Shown: piece by piece, positions 33,622 to 48,506 of the stretch
Layout: each line of letters starts with the position of its first letter
Position numbering within the stretch: the stretch's first letter is position 1
DNA from: Veleropilina oligotropha
Taxonomy: Eukaryota
Assembly: GCA_048128005.1 (NCBI GenBank)
Contig: JBEUKZ010000093.1
Span: 186,001-250,000 of the forward strand
DNA length: 64,000 nt
Reading direction: 5' to 3'
Notes under the pieces: model-generated
Database searches by the model: none
Told to the model about the DNA's origin: nothing
The model's input: only the letters and a program-made list of their open reading frames with translations
Program-made: the position numbers and the translations under genes

Positions 33622-36619
33622 GTATAGTTCGTTTATACTTTAGTCAAGATCTATGTTGAAATAGCTAACAAATGGAAATGTTAAACGGTTCAAACATAGA
33701 TCTATCCCCTTCCCGTTTTGGTTAATATATCTGGGTATTTACATTTTATTTATCATTATATTAAAGCAGAGCTATATATCGTGACGTACTGGTAGGTGAG
33801 TTGACACGATTGTGGGCTCTCAATTTATTGGCTTGACTGCTCTCTCTTACAATAGTGAATTAGAGTTATCAGTTGTCCAAAACTGGTCTTGATGTGGGCT
33901 TTCCTCCAGTGATAATATGGACGTGACCTCGCATGAACCTGAAGATTGTTATAACGGAGCAAAAATCAAAGTTTTATCTGAAATAAAGTATCCTTTACAG
34001 TGCGGTTTTTGTTGACAAGTCAATATTACAGACAGCTAGGTTTCCAATTTAAAGCATTTGTGAAGATATAGGATCGGGATGATGATAATGCCATCATGTA
34101 TTTATTATTTATGTTATTAGTAGTGGGGTCAAACGTCGGCAGAGGCAGCACACATTTGTTTAAGTTAAGAATTACAGTTGTCCGTAACTGGTCGGAGAGA
34201 GAGAAGCGACAGGGCTTTCCTCCGCGATAATATGGACATATACATATATAAGCATCGATCCTTTCCTTTTCATTTTATTAGTTGCGCCATGATTTAGATT
34301 ACTACTATTGCTGCCCTTAACCTGTGAAAATGTATTGTAATTAGTGATGACAGATGCGAGGTGGAGTCATTACTCCTGATGTGTGATCAATTATAGCAAA
34401 ACGGGTTGATATTGTATAGACTCTCCCAAAATTATGCGCCCTCGATCTGTTATAAACTGGTCAATTTAAGTAAAAGTATTAATTTTTTTAAACTTTAAAG
34501 ACAACTCTTTTCATATAAACTACTATTACTTTCTAAAAATATGCATACAATATAATATTATATGTACATGTATATTGATAAATAAAGCCATTGACTCGAT
34601 GTTGCGACAATAAATTTCAGATTATGTAACAATCATGCCTATATTGAACAGTGAAGTTTTTGATGAACAGTTATCACAATTCTTTCTGTATCAACCACTG
34701 TTTCAAAGAAAAGATTATTTGTTAGAGTGGTTATTTTCAATATATCACCATTCTCAATGAGCCTTTTCTCTATGATATCTGCCTGCCCCGTAGTCGTGTG
34801 GTGTTGAGTGCCGAATCTGAAATCACTGGCTCGATTGCGCTAACTAAAAGAACTTTGTTTGAATGTCGGCTGGCACATTAACATTCCTTGTTCAGTTATC
34901 AATCACAGTTGTCTGTAGCTGGCCTTAGAGTGTGGGTTTCCTCGGGCTTTCCACCCACGATAATATGGACATGTCCAACCGTGAATCTGATAGTTGTAAA
35001 TATACATAAACATTTGATCATGTACATAAACGAATTTCAATGTTAGGTATTATACACATGATGTCACTTATACACATGATGGCTCATATTAATAATAAGG
35101 AGGAATACCACTGACGATATACCAGGGTGATTGTTACTGCGTTGAATACATAGAACCATGTAAGACCAAGTAGTTCTAGTTGAAGAAAACAGTGTGAGCG
35201 CTTCCGGAGGACATCTCTCCTATTGGATGGTGGGGCTGCTCGATAACAAAGTTTTTATTCGTAACTGGAACTGTTCTTGAATGCGAGTTGGCATGGATAC
35301 ACGCACGCACGCACGCACACACGCACACACACACACACACACTAACACACACAATGTTATGATCCACATTGGCGGCTGCATATTGGACAAACTCTGAAGT
35401 GAAGCTCGTTATGTTGAGCCCCTGCTGCATTTTGTTCGAAATGTTGCACCTCTTTATTAGTAGAATCGAGCAAATACCCTCGTGTAGGTGCAGGAGTCGA
35501 TGAGAACGTCAACGTTTAGTTTTGGGCTGGTGGGGGGGGGGGGGAGTATAACTCAGGACGAATCACTGGTACAATAATAGCTTGTGCAAATGATGCAGAT
35601 TTCATATGAGGATCTCTTGTACACGAAGCTTTAGGGATTCGGGAAAAGGTTAAGACATTCTTCTTCTTATGCCATATCATAAGAGAAAAATTATTTGATG
35701 ATTCAGTCGATAAATATGTATGTCCATATGCTGAATGTTCAGGGCCTAGTGGAAATTAACCCATTTGATCAATGATGTCACTGATGGTAGTTTGCTCATC
35801 ATAATGCATTATATTTAAGATATTGTAACTTGGAAAAATACATCTGTTCTGTCTTCCTCTTGTGGCTTTCAAATCTTTTGCGTATTGAAACTGGTCTGAT
35901 CAATCGCATACATATTGGTATATGTTTTCTGGGATGGAAATTTGCCTTTGGAATCCTATTAAATTACAAGCAAGCACAGGTACCAGTATTACATAATGTG
36001 AACGTATGAATGCATCATAAAGGCGATAATCTACTTTAATAGCATGCACCAGTTCAATAACAATTCGTTCAGCGATTTTAACATTTCAACTTGTCATTTT
36101 AAATTGCGATAATCTACTGAAAGCTATACAAATATATAATAGTGAAATCAGGGGAGATAACCATGTTTTATTATAAAATATATATATATATATACATAAA
36201 AATTTTGGGGAGCATGCCCCCAAACCCCCCTAGATATTCCCGGCTTACGGCCGCTCAATCGTCGCGGCCTTCGGCCGCTCACGTGGCTATCTCTTTCTCG
36301 CCATAAAAGGTTGGGATCGAAGTATGCAATATGAGGTGCCCTTGCTTATAATGATACCCCCCCCCCCCCCTAACATCAAAATGGTTGCGACGCCCCTGAG
36401 ACGACAACACTAGAGGAGATAAGGCATGGAATTAATATATATTTAAAGGCACCTCCGAATTTAAAAACATTCGACATAATAACAGATGCTGAATGTATTC
36501 CCAAAATACAAGTGTGTAAACAACGTGACGTCACATGTTTGCAATATGTCTTGACGGAAAATAGAGACGGATTAGTTCATATTAAATACTGCCAATATTC
36601 AGACCATTTATTTCATTTG

Positions 36620-36780
36620 AAAGTAAGATAAAATCGTTGTCTTCCGATCACTCGGGTGACATCGGTGATTGTATTCCTTCCTGAAGTTGTACCCCTCAGC
36701 GCTACGCGCTTCCGGGTACAACGTCAGGCGGAATGCAATCACCGATGCCCCCCTCGTGATCGGAAAACAACTTATAATGT
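36620..36780. mobile_element. Long palindromic element end (split by an insertion in copy B)
   Basis: Inverted arms GTTGTCTTCCGATCAC...GTTGTACCC / GGGTACAAC...GTGATCGGAAAACAAC. Confidence 0.7.
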
Positions 36781-39288
36781 CCATATGCTGAATGTTCAGG
36801 GCCTAGTAGAAATTAACCCATTTGATCAATGATGTCACTGATGGTAGTGTGCTCACCATAATGCATTATATTTAAGATATTGTAAATTTGCAAAATGCAC
36901 TTGTTCTGTCTTCCTCTTGTGGCTTTCAAATATTTTGCTTATTGAAACTAGTCTGATCAATCGCATACATATTGGTATATGTTTTCTGGGATGGAAATTT
37001 GCCTTTGGAATCCTATTAAATTACAAGCAAGCACAGGTACCAGTATTACATAATGTGAACGTATGAATGCATCATAAAGGCGATAATCTACTTTAATAGC
37101 ATGCACCAGTTCAATAACAATTCGTTCAGCGATTTAAACATTTCAACTTGTCATTTTAAATTGCGATAATCTACTGAAAGCTATACAAATATATAATAGT
37201 GAAATCAGGGGAGATAACCATGTTTTATTATAAATATATATTATGTCATAATATTTACCTAGTATGAATTGTGTTGGTAAATTTACTCATTTACTATTAG
37301 GAATATAACTTTCCTTGATAATGTTCTTACTTCAGGTGTGCTTTATTCATCCAATTAACCTTAAACCAAACATTTATTTGTCACTGAAAGGGAGATAACT
37401 CTGATATTTGAATATGTTATTTCAATTTTGGAGCATTTTTCAAATTGCTTTTTTGGAAACTTGCACTATCAGAATTCCTTTAGACTTGTGATATGTTGTG
37501 TAAAGGATAAAATACTTTACTTAACTGCAAACATTTCTGTTGCTATTAGTGTGGGGTCAAATCATATAATGACTGGACTACTGTGCATGAACGCATGCGC
37601 CGGTACCATACACATATTTGTCGATTGTTGAACGAGGTCAGAACGTAAGAGGGTGAAGATAACTTTGATCTAATGATCCAAGCAACATTTGCTCTGGAAT
37701 GTAAGTTACTTCTATCAAAATATACGATAATTAATGTCAACGCCAAGAGGAATACCGGACGTTTCGCAACTAAACCAGTTCGTCGAATTTCGACGAAATA
37801 TCCAGACGTTTCATCGAATCCTTCAGAATCAGACGTTTCGTCGAATTTCATATCAAATTGAAAGAGGGTTATAGTAAATCACCCATATAACTGTGGAAAT
37901 AAGATGCAACAAGCTATCATATTTTATCATATTATGAGAATATATTTTTTATTATGCTGCTGAATTAAAAATAACTGATGTTTGAATCTTGTGTCTACTG
38001 ACCGGGCAAGTTTTGTAACGTTCTGCTCAAACACCAAAATTTTCAATGCAGTTATATTGACATAATTTAATAACAGTGTATATCATAAGATGACTAAGTA
38101 TCAAATTTGCATTTTTAAACAAAAATAAATATAGTTTGTTCTGTATAACAAGCCAATGTAGAGTGGAAATAGAAAAACATAACGATTATGTGCTCTCATT
38201 AATTCAGACGATTGGCAGATATTGACATGAAATAACTGGTAAAATCAAATATAGAATATTATGTTTCAGATACAACATCAATCTAGAAATTTCATTTTGC
38301 TTCATGTTAATAAATTACATTTGATAAAATGGTCTTTTCAAAATGACACAACATAACGAGGAAAATGGCCAAATTTGATGCTTTGCTATGATAAATCACT
38401 AAAATAAAAATTAAAGCATTATGTTTTTTATGAATATTTATTGTAGAAAGACCTGTTTGCTTCTTTTTAAAACAAAATCATTCCAAACATGCTGTTTTAA
38501 TTACAATGTGTTGGCATAACGTGTTTTTCATTTAATGTGTACACCTGATCTTGGCTGAGCTAGGCGTATATAAATATATTCCATGCGGCAAAAAGGGTCT
38601 TGGTATTCTTTGTAGACTGCTGACGTCGAGTCATCTGTGATTCTCGCAGATAAATCTCCATCTCCGTAATTCACTATTGTGAAATGCAATTTCACATAAT
38701 GTATCGATAATGTATAAATTACTAAAACATGATACATCCAGCGATATGTTATTTCAAAAGATTGTTAATGCCGTCCCATGCTTCTTCTTAGAGACAGTGT
38801 AAAAGAACATTGATTTAAATGGTTATAATTTTGAATATGCAAATAAATATCCGCAATTCATAATATGACATTAATTACTATTAACAGTACGCTCTATTAA
38901 CCGTAGGCTGAATTGCCTGTGTCAATTTTGCTGTTTGACTGTAGACGCTCAATCGACCGTGCGCTCAATTGACTGGTATTCCATCTGGAAGAGGATTTCA
39001 GTCACAGGCAGTCACGCATTGTCTTTGGGAGCCCGATATGTCTGCCCCTAACTGCAAGCTCAAAATTCTGATGGTCGCCTGTTTAACCCTAACACTAAAC
39101 AGGCGACCGTCAGAATTTTGAGCTTGTAAATCAGCAGATCAGGGCAGATTTATCTGGCTAGGTCTTTGGGAATTAAAGAGACTATTGCCCGTAAATACAC
39201 GAGTTGCCTCTGGCACGAGTTGTCCTGACTCCCTCTATCGCACGGTTCACGCAGATTGATACACATTTCGCGAAGATATGATCGATAT

Positions 39289-42200
39289 ATGATCAAATGA
39301 TAGACTTTTATTGAAATTATTATTGTAACTGGGCAATATATGTTATTGTCAAGTAGAAAGCTATCTTACTTGACGAGTAGAAACCAACGCAGTGTGCTCC
39401 AATTAGATCAATTGGAAATGACTGCGGTTTTATTATTTTTAAATATTCAATAGCGATTAACTTAAACGGTAGCAAGTTACTGACGAAAGTTGAGTGTTGA
39501 AATTTCTTAACTTTTTAAGTTATAAACAAAAAGTATAATGCAGTTAGTTTTCTTTTAAAAAAGAAAGAGCGCATTTCCGGCAATAGTCTCTTTAAGAAGG
39601 GGTTGTTAAAGGTTGAGGTCATTGCTGACATGCGTTTAAACGTAAACTCTTTATTGTGAGTGGAGCGAGTCCTAATATTCGGATCTATGTCTTGTCTCCC
39701 CTCATTTATATTATTGAAATCAAAAGAAAACAATAAAAGTGGTATTTTGTGTATTTAATTATCACCTACTCAAAATGCATAATAAAGTACTTGCTTCAAT
39801 CATAACTATTTTTAACCTGTTCTCCGCAGGGTGAAATATTTTCCCATGTTTATCGTTTATCCAATATTCACATATGAGAAAAGCGATTGGCGACTAAACG
39901 GATTTACAACCCACCCCATATATCACTGCTCTGCAGTGAAATATTAGCTTTCGTAATGCAATTCATATGATAAAACAGTGGTATTTCGTCTCCTTTACTT
40001 TATGCCTCTTGGAGACCAACCGAAATTGAATAGGACCATCCATCTTAAAATTTCTCAAATATTGATTATCAAATGCAGGCCTGCAATAACCAAATGTAAA
40101 ATATCTTGTTTGAACATATTGGACAAACTCTGAAGTGAAGCTCATTATGTTGAGCCCCTGCTGCATTTTGTTCGAAATGTTGCACCTCTTTATTAGTAGA
40201 ATCGAGCAAATACCCTCGTGTAGGTGCAGGAGTCAATGAGAACGTCAACGTTTAGTTTTGGGATGGTGGGGGGGGGGGGGGGTATAACTCAGGACGAATC
40301 ACTGGTACAATAATAGCTTGTGCAAATGATGCAGATTTCATATGAGGATCTCTTGTACACGAAGCTTTAGGGATTCGGGAAAAGGTTCAGACATTCTTCT
40401 TCTTATGATCAAATGATAGACTTTTATTGAAATTATTATTGTAACTGGGCAATATATGTTATTGTCAAGTAGAAAGCTATCTTACTTGACGAGTAGAAAC
40501 CAACGCAGTGTGCTCCAATCAGATCAATTGGAAATGACTGCGGTTTTATTATTTTTAAATATTCAATAGCGATTAACTTAAACGGTAGCAAGTTACTGAC
40601 GAAAGTTAAGTGTTGAAATTTCTTAACTTTTTATGTTATAAACAAAAAGTATAATGCAGTTAGTTTTCTTTTAAAAAAGAAAGAGCGCATTTCCGGCAAT
40701 AGTCTCTTTAAGAAGGGGTTGTTAAAGGTTGAGGTCATTGCTGACATGCGTTTAAGCGTAAACTCTTTATTGTGAGTGGAGCGAGTCCTAATATTCGGAT
40801 GTATGTCTTGTCTCCCCTCATTTATATTATTGAAATCAAAAGAAAACAATAAAAGGGGTATTTTGTGTATTTAATTATCACCTACTCAAAATGCATAATA
40901 AAGTACTTGCTTCAATCATAACTATTTTTAACCTGTTCTCCGCAGGGTGAAATATTTTCCCATGTTTATCGTTTATCCAATATTCACATATGAGAAAAGC
41001 GATTGGCCACTAAACGGATTTACAACGCACCCCCATATATCACTGCTCTGCACAGTGAAATATTAGCTTTCGTAATGCAATTCATATGATAAAACAGTGG
41101 TATTTCGTCTCCTTTACTTTATGCCTCTTGGAGACCAACCGAAATTGAATAGGACCATCCATCTTAAAATTTCTCAAATATTGATTATCAAATGCAGGCC
41201 TGCAATAACCAAATGTAAAATATCTTGTTTGAACATATTGGACAAACTCTGAAGTGAAGCTCATTATGTTGAGCCCCTGCTGCATTTTGTTCGAAATGTT
41301 GCACCTCTTTATTAGTAGAATCGAGCAAATACCCTCGTGTAGGTGCAGGAGTCAATGAGAACGTCAACGTTTAGTTTTGGGATGGTGGGGGGGGGGAGTA
41401 TAACTCAGGACGAATCACTGGTACAATAATAGCTTGTGCAAATGATGCAGATTTCATATGAGGATCTCTTGTACACGAAGCTTTAGGGATTCGGGAAAAG
41501 GTTCAGACATTCTTCTTCTTATGATCAAATGATAGACTTTTATTGAAATTATTATTGTAACTGGGCAATATATGTTATTGTCAAGTAGAAAGCTATCTTA
41601 CTTGACGAGTAGAAACCAACGCAGTGTGCTCCAATCAGATCAATTGGAAATGACTGCGGTTTTATTATTTTTAAATATTCAATAGCGATTAACTTAAACG
41701 GTAGCAAGTTACTGACGAAAGTTAAGTGTTGAAATTTCTTAACTTTTTATGTTATAAACAAAAAGTATAATGCAGTTAGTTTTCTTTTAAAAAAGAAAGA
41801 GCGCATTTCCGGCAATAGTCTCTTTAAGAAGGGGTTGTTAAAGGTTGAGGTCATTGCTGACATGCGTTTAAGCGTAAACTCTTTATTGTGAGTGGAGCGA
41901 GTCCTAATATTCGGATGTATGTCTTGTCTCCCCTCATTTATATTATTGAAATCAAAAGAAAACAATAAAAGGGGTATTTTGTGTATTTAATTATCACCTA
42001 CTCGAAATGCATAATAAAGTACTTGCTTCAATCATAACTATTTTTAACCTGTTCTCCGCAGGGTGAAATATTTTCCCATGTTTATCGTTTATCCAATATT
42101 CACATATGAGAAAAGCGATTGGCGACTAAACGGATTTACAACGCACCCCCATATATCACTGCTCTGCACAGTGAAATATTAGCTTTCGTAATGCAATTCA

Positions 42201-42350
42201 TATGATAAAACAGTGGTATTTCGTCTCCTTTACTTTATGCCTCTTGGAGACCAACCGAAATTGAATAGGACCATCCATCTTAAAATCTCTCAATTAGTGA
42301 TTATCAAATGCAGGCCTGCAATAACCAAATGTAAAATATCTTGTTTGAAC
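39289..42350 (+). repeat. ~1.12-kb tandem subrepeat (~2.7 units in copy B)
   Basis: Restarts at ~39289, ~40405 and ~41521. Confidence 0.9.
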
Positions 42351-44598
42351 ATGCACAATAATGTTGGGTCAAATGATTTGCACTGCTATACATGTACTAA
42401 CGGGATCACGAATAGAATTGCTTAAGTTTTTGGAAGTCATTAAAATAAATTAGTTGAATGATGGTGGTGCGATTGTGTTTTGGAATGTTAGTTCCTACAG
42501 CGACCACCGTTGTCAAAATTAGGTGTGCACAAACAATGATCAGGTCATGACAATAAGGATTTTGGTCTACTTGTCCATCGGACAAGGTAATCGAAAACTC
42601 AACTTGTCCGAACTTTTATTTTGGTTGTCCCGGACGACCGGACAAGCCTTAATGTCGAGGCCTGAATGATGATGCAAGTATTTCTCATACAAGTGCTTCG
42701 GTAGCGCAGTGGGTAGAGTGTCCACTCTAAATTCACTGGCTTGTTTCCGCTGACGCGAACAGTAGTGGGATCGACCCCCGGCTGAGGCAGCACACATTTG
42801 TTCAAGTTATGAAGCACAGTTGTCCAGCGACCGGGGTTTCCTCCCGCGATAACACAGACATGTCCTGCCTTGAACCTCTATGTTATCAATATACAGGACA
42901 TTAAGCATAATTCCTCCTCCTCCTCCTCCACAAGTGCGATATTAGTACTTGCCATTCTATCAAAGCATGCATACAATTATAACAATTGTACTTAAGAGAT
43001 GAAAATCTTGTGGACACAGTCAGGTTGGTCTGACTTGTCAATGAAGTTGATGCTCATCGAGTGTACTGTGTATAATAAATAAGCCATTTATATAAAACAA
43101 GGCAAATTAATTAATTTTGATGAAAAATTATGTTACATGTCATATATTCGGAAATGTTATAATATATATATATATAATACTGTATAAATAATGCAGTATG
43201 CACAGCAAAGTTGAATTGTTGAGATTATGTGGTCAATCTGACCATGCTAAATTTTGCAATAATTATGTAAATCGCATAATTCTGCAGGATCTAGGTAATA
43301 TACCTCAATTGTTCGCGACCTAATACTAATGGTGCTTGGAACAATTTTGTGTCATTACCGGAGACCATCAATGTGCATACAATCTCAATTACTAGCATCT
43401 GTTCTTTTCTTCAGGTGATGCTAAAGTCATAACAAAGTCGTGATTATAAACTGATGGTGCTTACGTATATATCGGATATCCATATTGAAGATTCATTTCG
43501 GGGTCAATACAACAGAGAAAAAGACGTAAGTAATAAAAAAAAATTACATTTGTGATGCTGAATGAAATGAAATTGACATTTAAATTGCTTTCCATTTACA
43601 TCATAGATAATTTGTCAGACATTGTGTAGAAGAATGATTTTCATTTGATCACTATTTCGGCTGTACAATTGCAAACACGATTAAGATCAATGGGACTGCT
43701 CGCCATGTCAATCTTAGGTACTCACTACTCTGAAATGTTAAATATTTATTATATGTACAGTATTTAACTTTTGTGCGATTCTCAAAATCGTTAAGTAGAA
43801 AACAACAGCTGTGCTATTTTCCCCTTTCAAATTAGGCCACCGGATAGTTGATTGATTTACAGTGGGACTCTTGATTCATACGCTTGCATGATCTCTCTCA
43901 CGGAAGTGGGTTCAAATCCTTGATAATACATGATCTCATGTATTGACTAAAACTTGTCCCGTTATCACCTCAAGGTTGTTAAATCATGAAACATCAAGCA
44001 CGGCTCGAACCAAGCCTTTCAAAACATAATAATTATGCACTTTGTATATAACAAATTATCTTGCTTATGCATTTCACGTCTTCGTTTTAATGTAAATGTT
44101 GCTTCTGTAAATTATTCTAAAAGATTCTGTCTTATTTAAATTACTAATCCATATCAAACCTAAGTATTAGTTACCAGAAACACATAAAATATTGAGTATG
44201 TTGCCTTTCTATTAATTTTCAGATGTCTTGGACACGGACCAAACTCTGAATGAAATGCCAAGCCGCTGAGTCGATGAAGAATACACCAACAATCTCCTAA
44301 ATTTCATCAGTGGATTCAGTGATGTAATCGCGAATCCTGCTCCAAAGAAAAGGTTTTCAGTGCAGCGTGCAGGAAATATTTAGTTATTATTGAGCAAGTG
44401 AGAAGGAATAACTTTTTGACGTTATTTAGTTGATTAAATGCATTCATTCTGTCGGCATGCTTGGCCCCACAAGAAAAACTGAACATGATAACTACACATG
44501 AGTGAATTATCGTCTACTGTGTCTGCGATAAATCAGCACTCTCATGCTCAATAATATGCTAATCAACACGAGGGAAAAATAGAAATCTCATCCTTGCA

Positions 44599-46209
44599 GT
44601 GAGCCCTGCACGTCATCTTCAAATTTTCATTATCTATAGTAACATGCTGCAATCCATACAGGAGGGAAAGAGTATCCCTGTACTTTATGGGACAGGTGAT
44701 TTAACACGTCCAGGCGTCTCTATGAACACACCCATGCCGGATAAAAAGGTGTATAAATGTAGTGTCTGCGACAAATCATTTAGCCATTCAAGCGATATCA
44801 AGCAGCATATGCTAATCCACACAGACGAGAAACCTCATAAATGCAGTGTCTGTGACAAATCATGTCGCCTTTTAAGCAATATCAACGTGCATATGCTGAT
44901 CCACACAAAAGAGAAACCCCATCAATGCACTGTGTGTTATAAATCATTTACACAGTCAAGCACTCTCAAGGTTCATATGCTTACACATACAGGGCTGAAA
45001 CCTCATCAATGTAGTATTTGCGATAAATCATTTTCACAGCATGGCAGTCTCAAGCGACATATGAAAACTCATACAGGACAGAAACCTCACCAATGCGCTG
45101 AGTGCCACAAATGCATTGTGTGTGACAAGTCATATACATGTTCTCAGAATCTCCGTCAGCATTCTGCCATCCATACTGGAGAGAAGCATCAGTGCCCTGT
45201 GTGTGACAAGTCATATTCAAGTTCTCGGTATCTCCGTCAGCATGCTGCCATCCATACTGGAGAGAAACAGTATCCGTGTACCTTATGCGACATGTCATTT
45301 GTTTCAAGAAACACTCTCCATAGACATACTTTAACCCATACAGGAGAAACCCCATATCAGTGCGGCATCTGTAACAAGTCATTTAACCGATCAAGCAACC
45401 TCAAACAGCATATGCTAATACATACAAACGAGAAAACCCATCAATGCAATTTATGTTATAAGTCATTTTTACAAACATCCTATCTCAAGAAACATATGCT
45501 AATCCATACAGGCGAGAAAGCTTATAAATGCAGTGTTTGCGACAAGTCATTTCGCGATTCAAGCAATCTCAACCAGCATATGCTAATTCACACAAAAGAG
45601 AAACCCCATCAATGCAATGCATGCTATAAGTCATTTTCACGATCAGGCCCTCTCAAACAACATATCATGCTTATACATACAGGAATGAAACCTCATCAAT
45701 GTAGTATTTGTGATAAATCATTTTTGGAGCATGGCAATCTCAAGCAACATTTGATTACCTGTGTGAATACATGACTGAACCGTCATGAATGTATTATTTG
45801 CGATAAATTTTTTTCTCAGCTTGGCAGTCTCAAGCAACATATGCAAATCCATTCAGGACAGAAAGGTCATCAATGCACTGTATGTGACAAGTCATATTCA
45901 AGTTCTCGGTATCTCTGTCTGCATGCTGCCATCCATACTGGAGAGAAGCTGTATCCATGTACTTTATGTGACAGATCTTTTATTACATATGGCATTCTCA
46001 GTCGACATACATTAACCCATACAGGAGAAACCCCATATCAGTGCGGCATATGTGACAAGTCATTTAACCGATCAGCTAGCCTCAAACAGCATATGTTAAT
46101 CCACACGGGAGAGAAACATCACCAATGCAATGTATGTTATAAGTCATTTACACTTTTATGCAATCTCAAGCAACATTTGCTAATCCACAAACACGATCGA
46201 CCTCAGTAA
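44599..46209 (+). pseudogene. Duplicate C2H2 zinc-finger array gene with the same internal stop (45772-45774)
   Basis: Two visible aa differences from copy A (KLH>KVH; KRD>KHD). Confidence 0.88.
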
Positions 46210-46653
46210 TGTGCTGTGTCTGGCAAGTTGTTTTCAAGGCCTCGACTTCTCCAGCAACATGCAGTTATCCATTCTGAAGTACGGAAACTTCACCAATGAG
46301 AGGTATGCTACGAGTCATATTAAAGTTATCAATTCATACCGGAGACAAGCAGTATTGATATACTTTGGGCGGCAAATATGTGATATCCCATACCTTTCAC
46401 TATTAGGCTATTTACAAACAAATACTCTGATATTGCATTGTATTGAATAATAATTTTTCCAAAATGAAAAGTTGGAGGATGATATGGCCGCTTCGACAGT
46501 CGTGTGGTTTCGGTTGCAGACTCAGAAAAATCACTGGCTTGATTCTGTTGATGCGAACCTCGCTTGGGACATGACATTATTTGTTCAAGTTTTAAATCAC
46601 AGTTGTCTCTAACTGGTCGGATAGAGCGGGTTTCGCCGGGCGACCAGGGTTTC

Positions 46654-48506
46654 CTCCCACGATTATATGGACATGTCTTGCTCCCACGATTATATGGACA
46701 TGTCTTGCTCTCACGATAATATGGACATGTCTTGCTCCCACGATAATATGGACATGTCTTGCTCTCACGATAATATGGACATGTCTTGCTCCCACGATAA
46801 TATGGACATGTCTTGCTCCCACGATAATATGGACATGTCTTGCTCTCACGATAATATGGACATGTCTTGCTCTCACGATAATATGGACATGTCTTGCTCC
46901 CACGATAATATGGACATGTCTTGCTCCCACGATAATATGGACATGTCTTGCTCCCACGATGATATGGACATGTCTTGCTCTCACGATAATATGGACATGT
47001 CTTGCTCCCACGATGATATGGACATGTCTTGCTCCCACGATGATATGACATGTCTTGCTCTCACGATAATATGGACATGTCTTGCTCTCACGATAATATG
47101 GACATGTCTTGCTCCCACGATAATATGGACATGTCTTGCTCCCACGATAATATGGACATGTCTTGCTCCCACGATAATATGGACATGTCTTGCTCCCACG
47201 ATAATATGGACATGTCTTGCTCCCACGATAATATGGACATGTCTTGCTCCCACGATGATATGGACATGTCTTGCTCCCACGATAATATGGACATGTCTTG
47301 CTCTCACGATAATATGGACATGTCTTGCTCCCACGATGATATGGACATGTCTTGCTCCCACGATAATATGGACATGTCTTGCTCTCACGATAATATGGAC
47401 ATGTCTTGCTCTCACGATAATATGGACATGTCTTGCTCCCACGATAATATGGACATGTCTAACAGTCTTGCTCTCACGATAATATGGACATGTCTTGCTC
47501 CCACGATAATATGGACATGTCTAACAGTCTTGCTCTCACGATAATATGGACATGTCTTGCTCCCACGATAATATGGACATGTCTTGCTCTCACGATAATA
47601 TGGACATGTCTTGCTCCCACGATAATATGGACATGTCTTGCTCCCACGATAATATGAACATGTCTTGCTCCCATGATGATATGGACATGTCTTGCTCCCA
47701 CGATAATATGGACATGTCTTGCTCTCACGATAATATGGACATGTCTTGCTCTCACGATAATATGGACATGTCTTGCTCCCACGATGATATGGACATGTCT
47801 TGCTCCCACGATAATATGGACATGTCTTGCTCTCACGATAATATGGACATGTCTTGCTCTCACGATAATATGGACATGTCTTGCTCCCACGATAATATGG
47901 ACATGTCTTGCTCCCACGATAATATGGACATGTCTTGCTCCCACGATAATATGGACATGTCTTGCTCCCACGATAATATGGACATGTCTTGCTCCCACGA
48001 TAATATGGACATGTCTTGCTCTCACGATAATATGGACATGTCTTGCTCCCACGATAATATGGACATGTCTTGCTCTCACGATAATATGGACACGTCTTGC
48101 TCCCACGATAATATGGACATGTCTTGCTCCCACGATAATATGGACATGTCTTGCTCTCACGATAATATGGACATGTCTTGCTCCCACGATAATATGGACA
48201 TGTCTTGCTCCCACGATAATATGGACATGTCTTGCTCTCACGATAATATGGACATGTCTTGCTCTCACGATAATATGGACATGTCTTGCTCCCACGATGA
48301 TATGGACATGTCTTGCTCCCACGATAATATGGACATGTCTTGCTCCCACGATAATATGGACATGTCTTGCTCTCACGATAATATGGACATGTCTTGCTCC
48401 CACGATAATATGGACATGTCTTGCTCCCACGATAATATGGACATGTCTTGCTCCCACGATAATATGGACATGTCTTGCTCCCACGATGATATGGACATGT
48501 CTTGCT
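46654..48506. repeat. 27-bp minisatellite, ~68 units (copy B)
   Basis: Same unit; different order and number of variant units. Confidence 0.97.

Larger units (their letters stand above)
17388..37292 (+). repeat. Segmental tandem duplication, copy A (~19.9 kb)
   Basis: ACTATTAGGAATATAACTTTCC recurs at 17388, 37293 and 61976, followed by collinear near-identical sequence. Confidence 0.95.
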
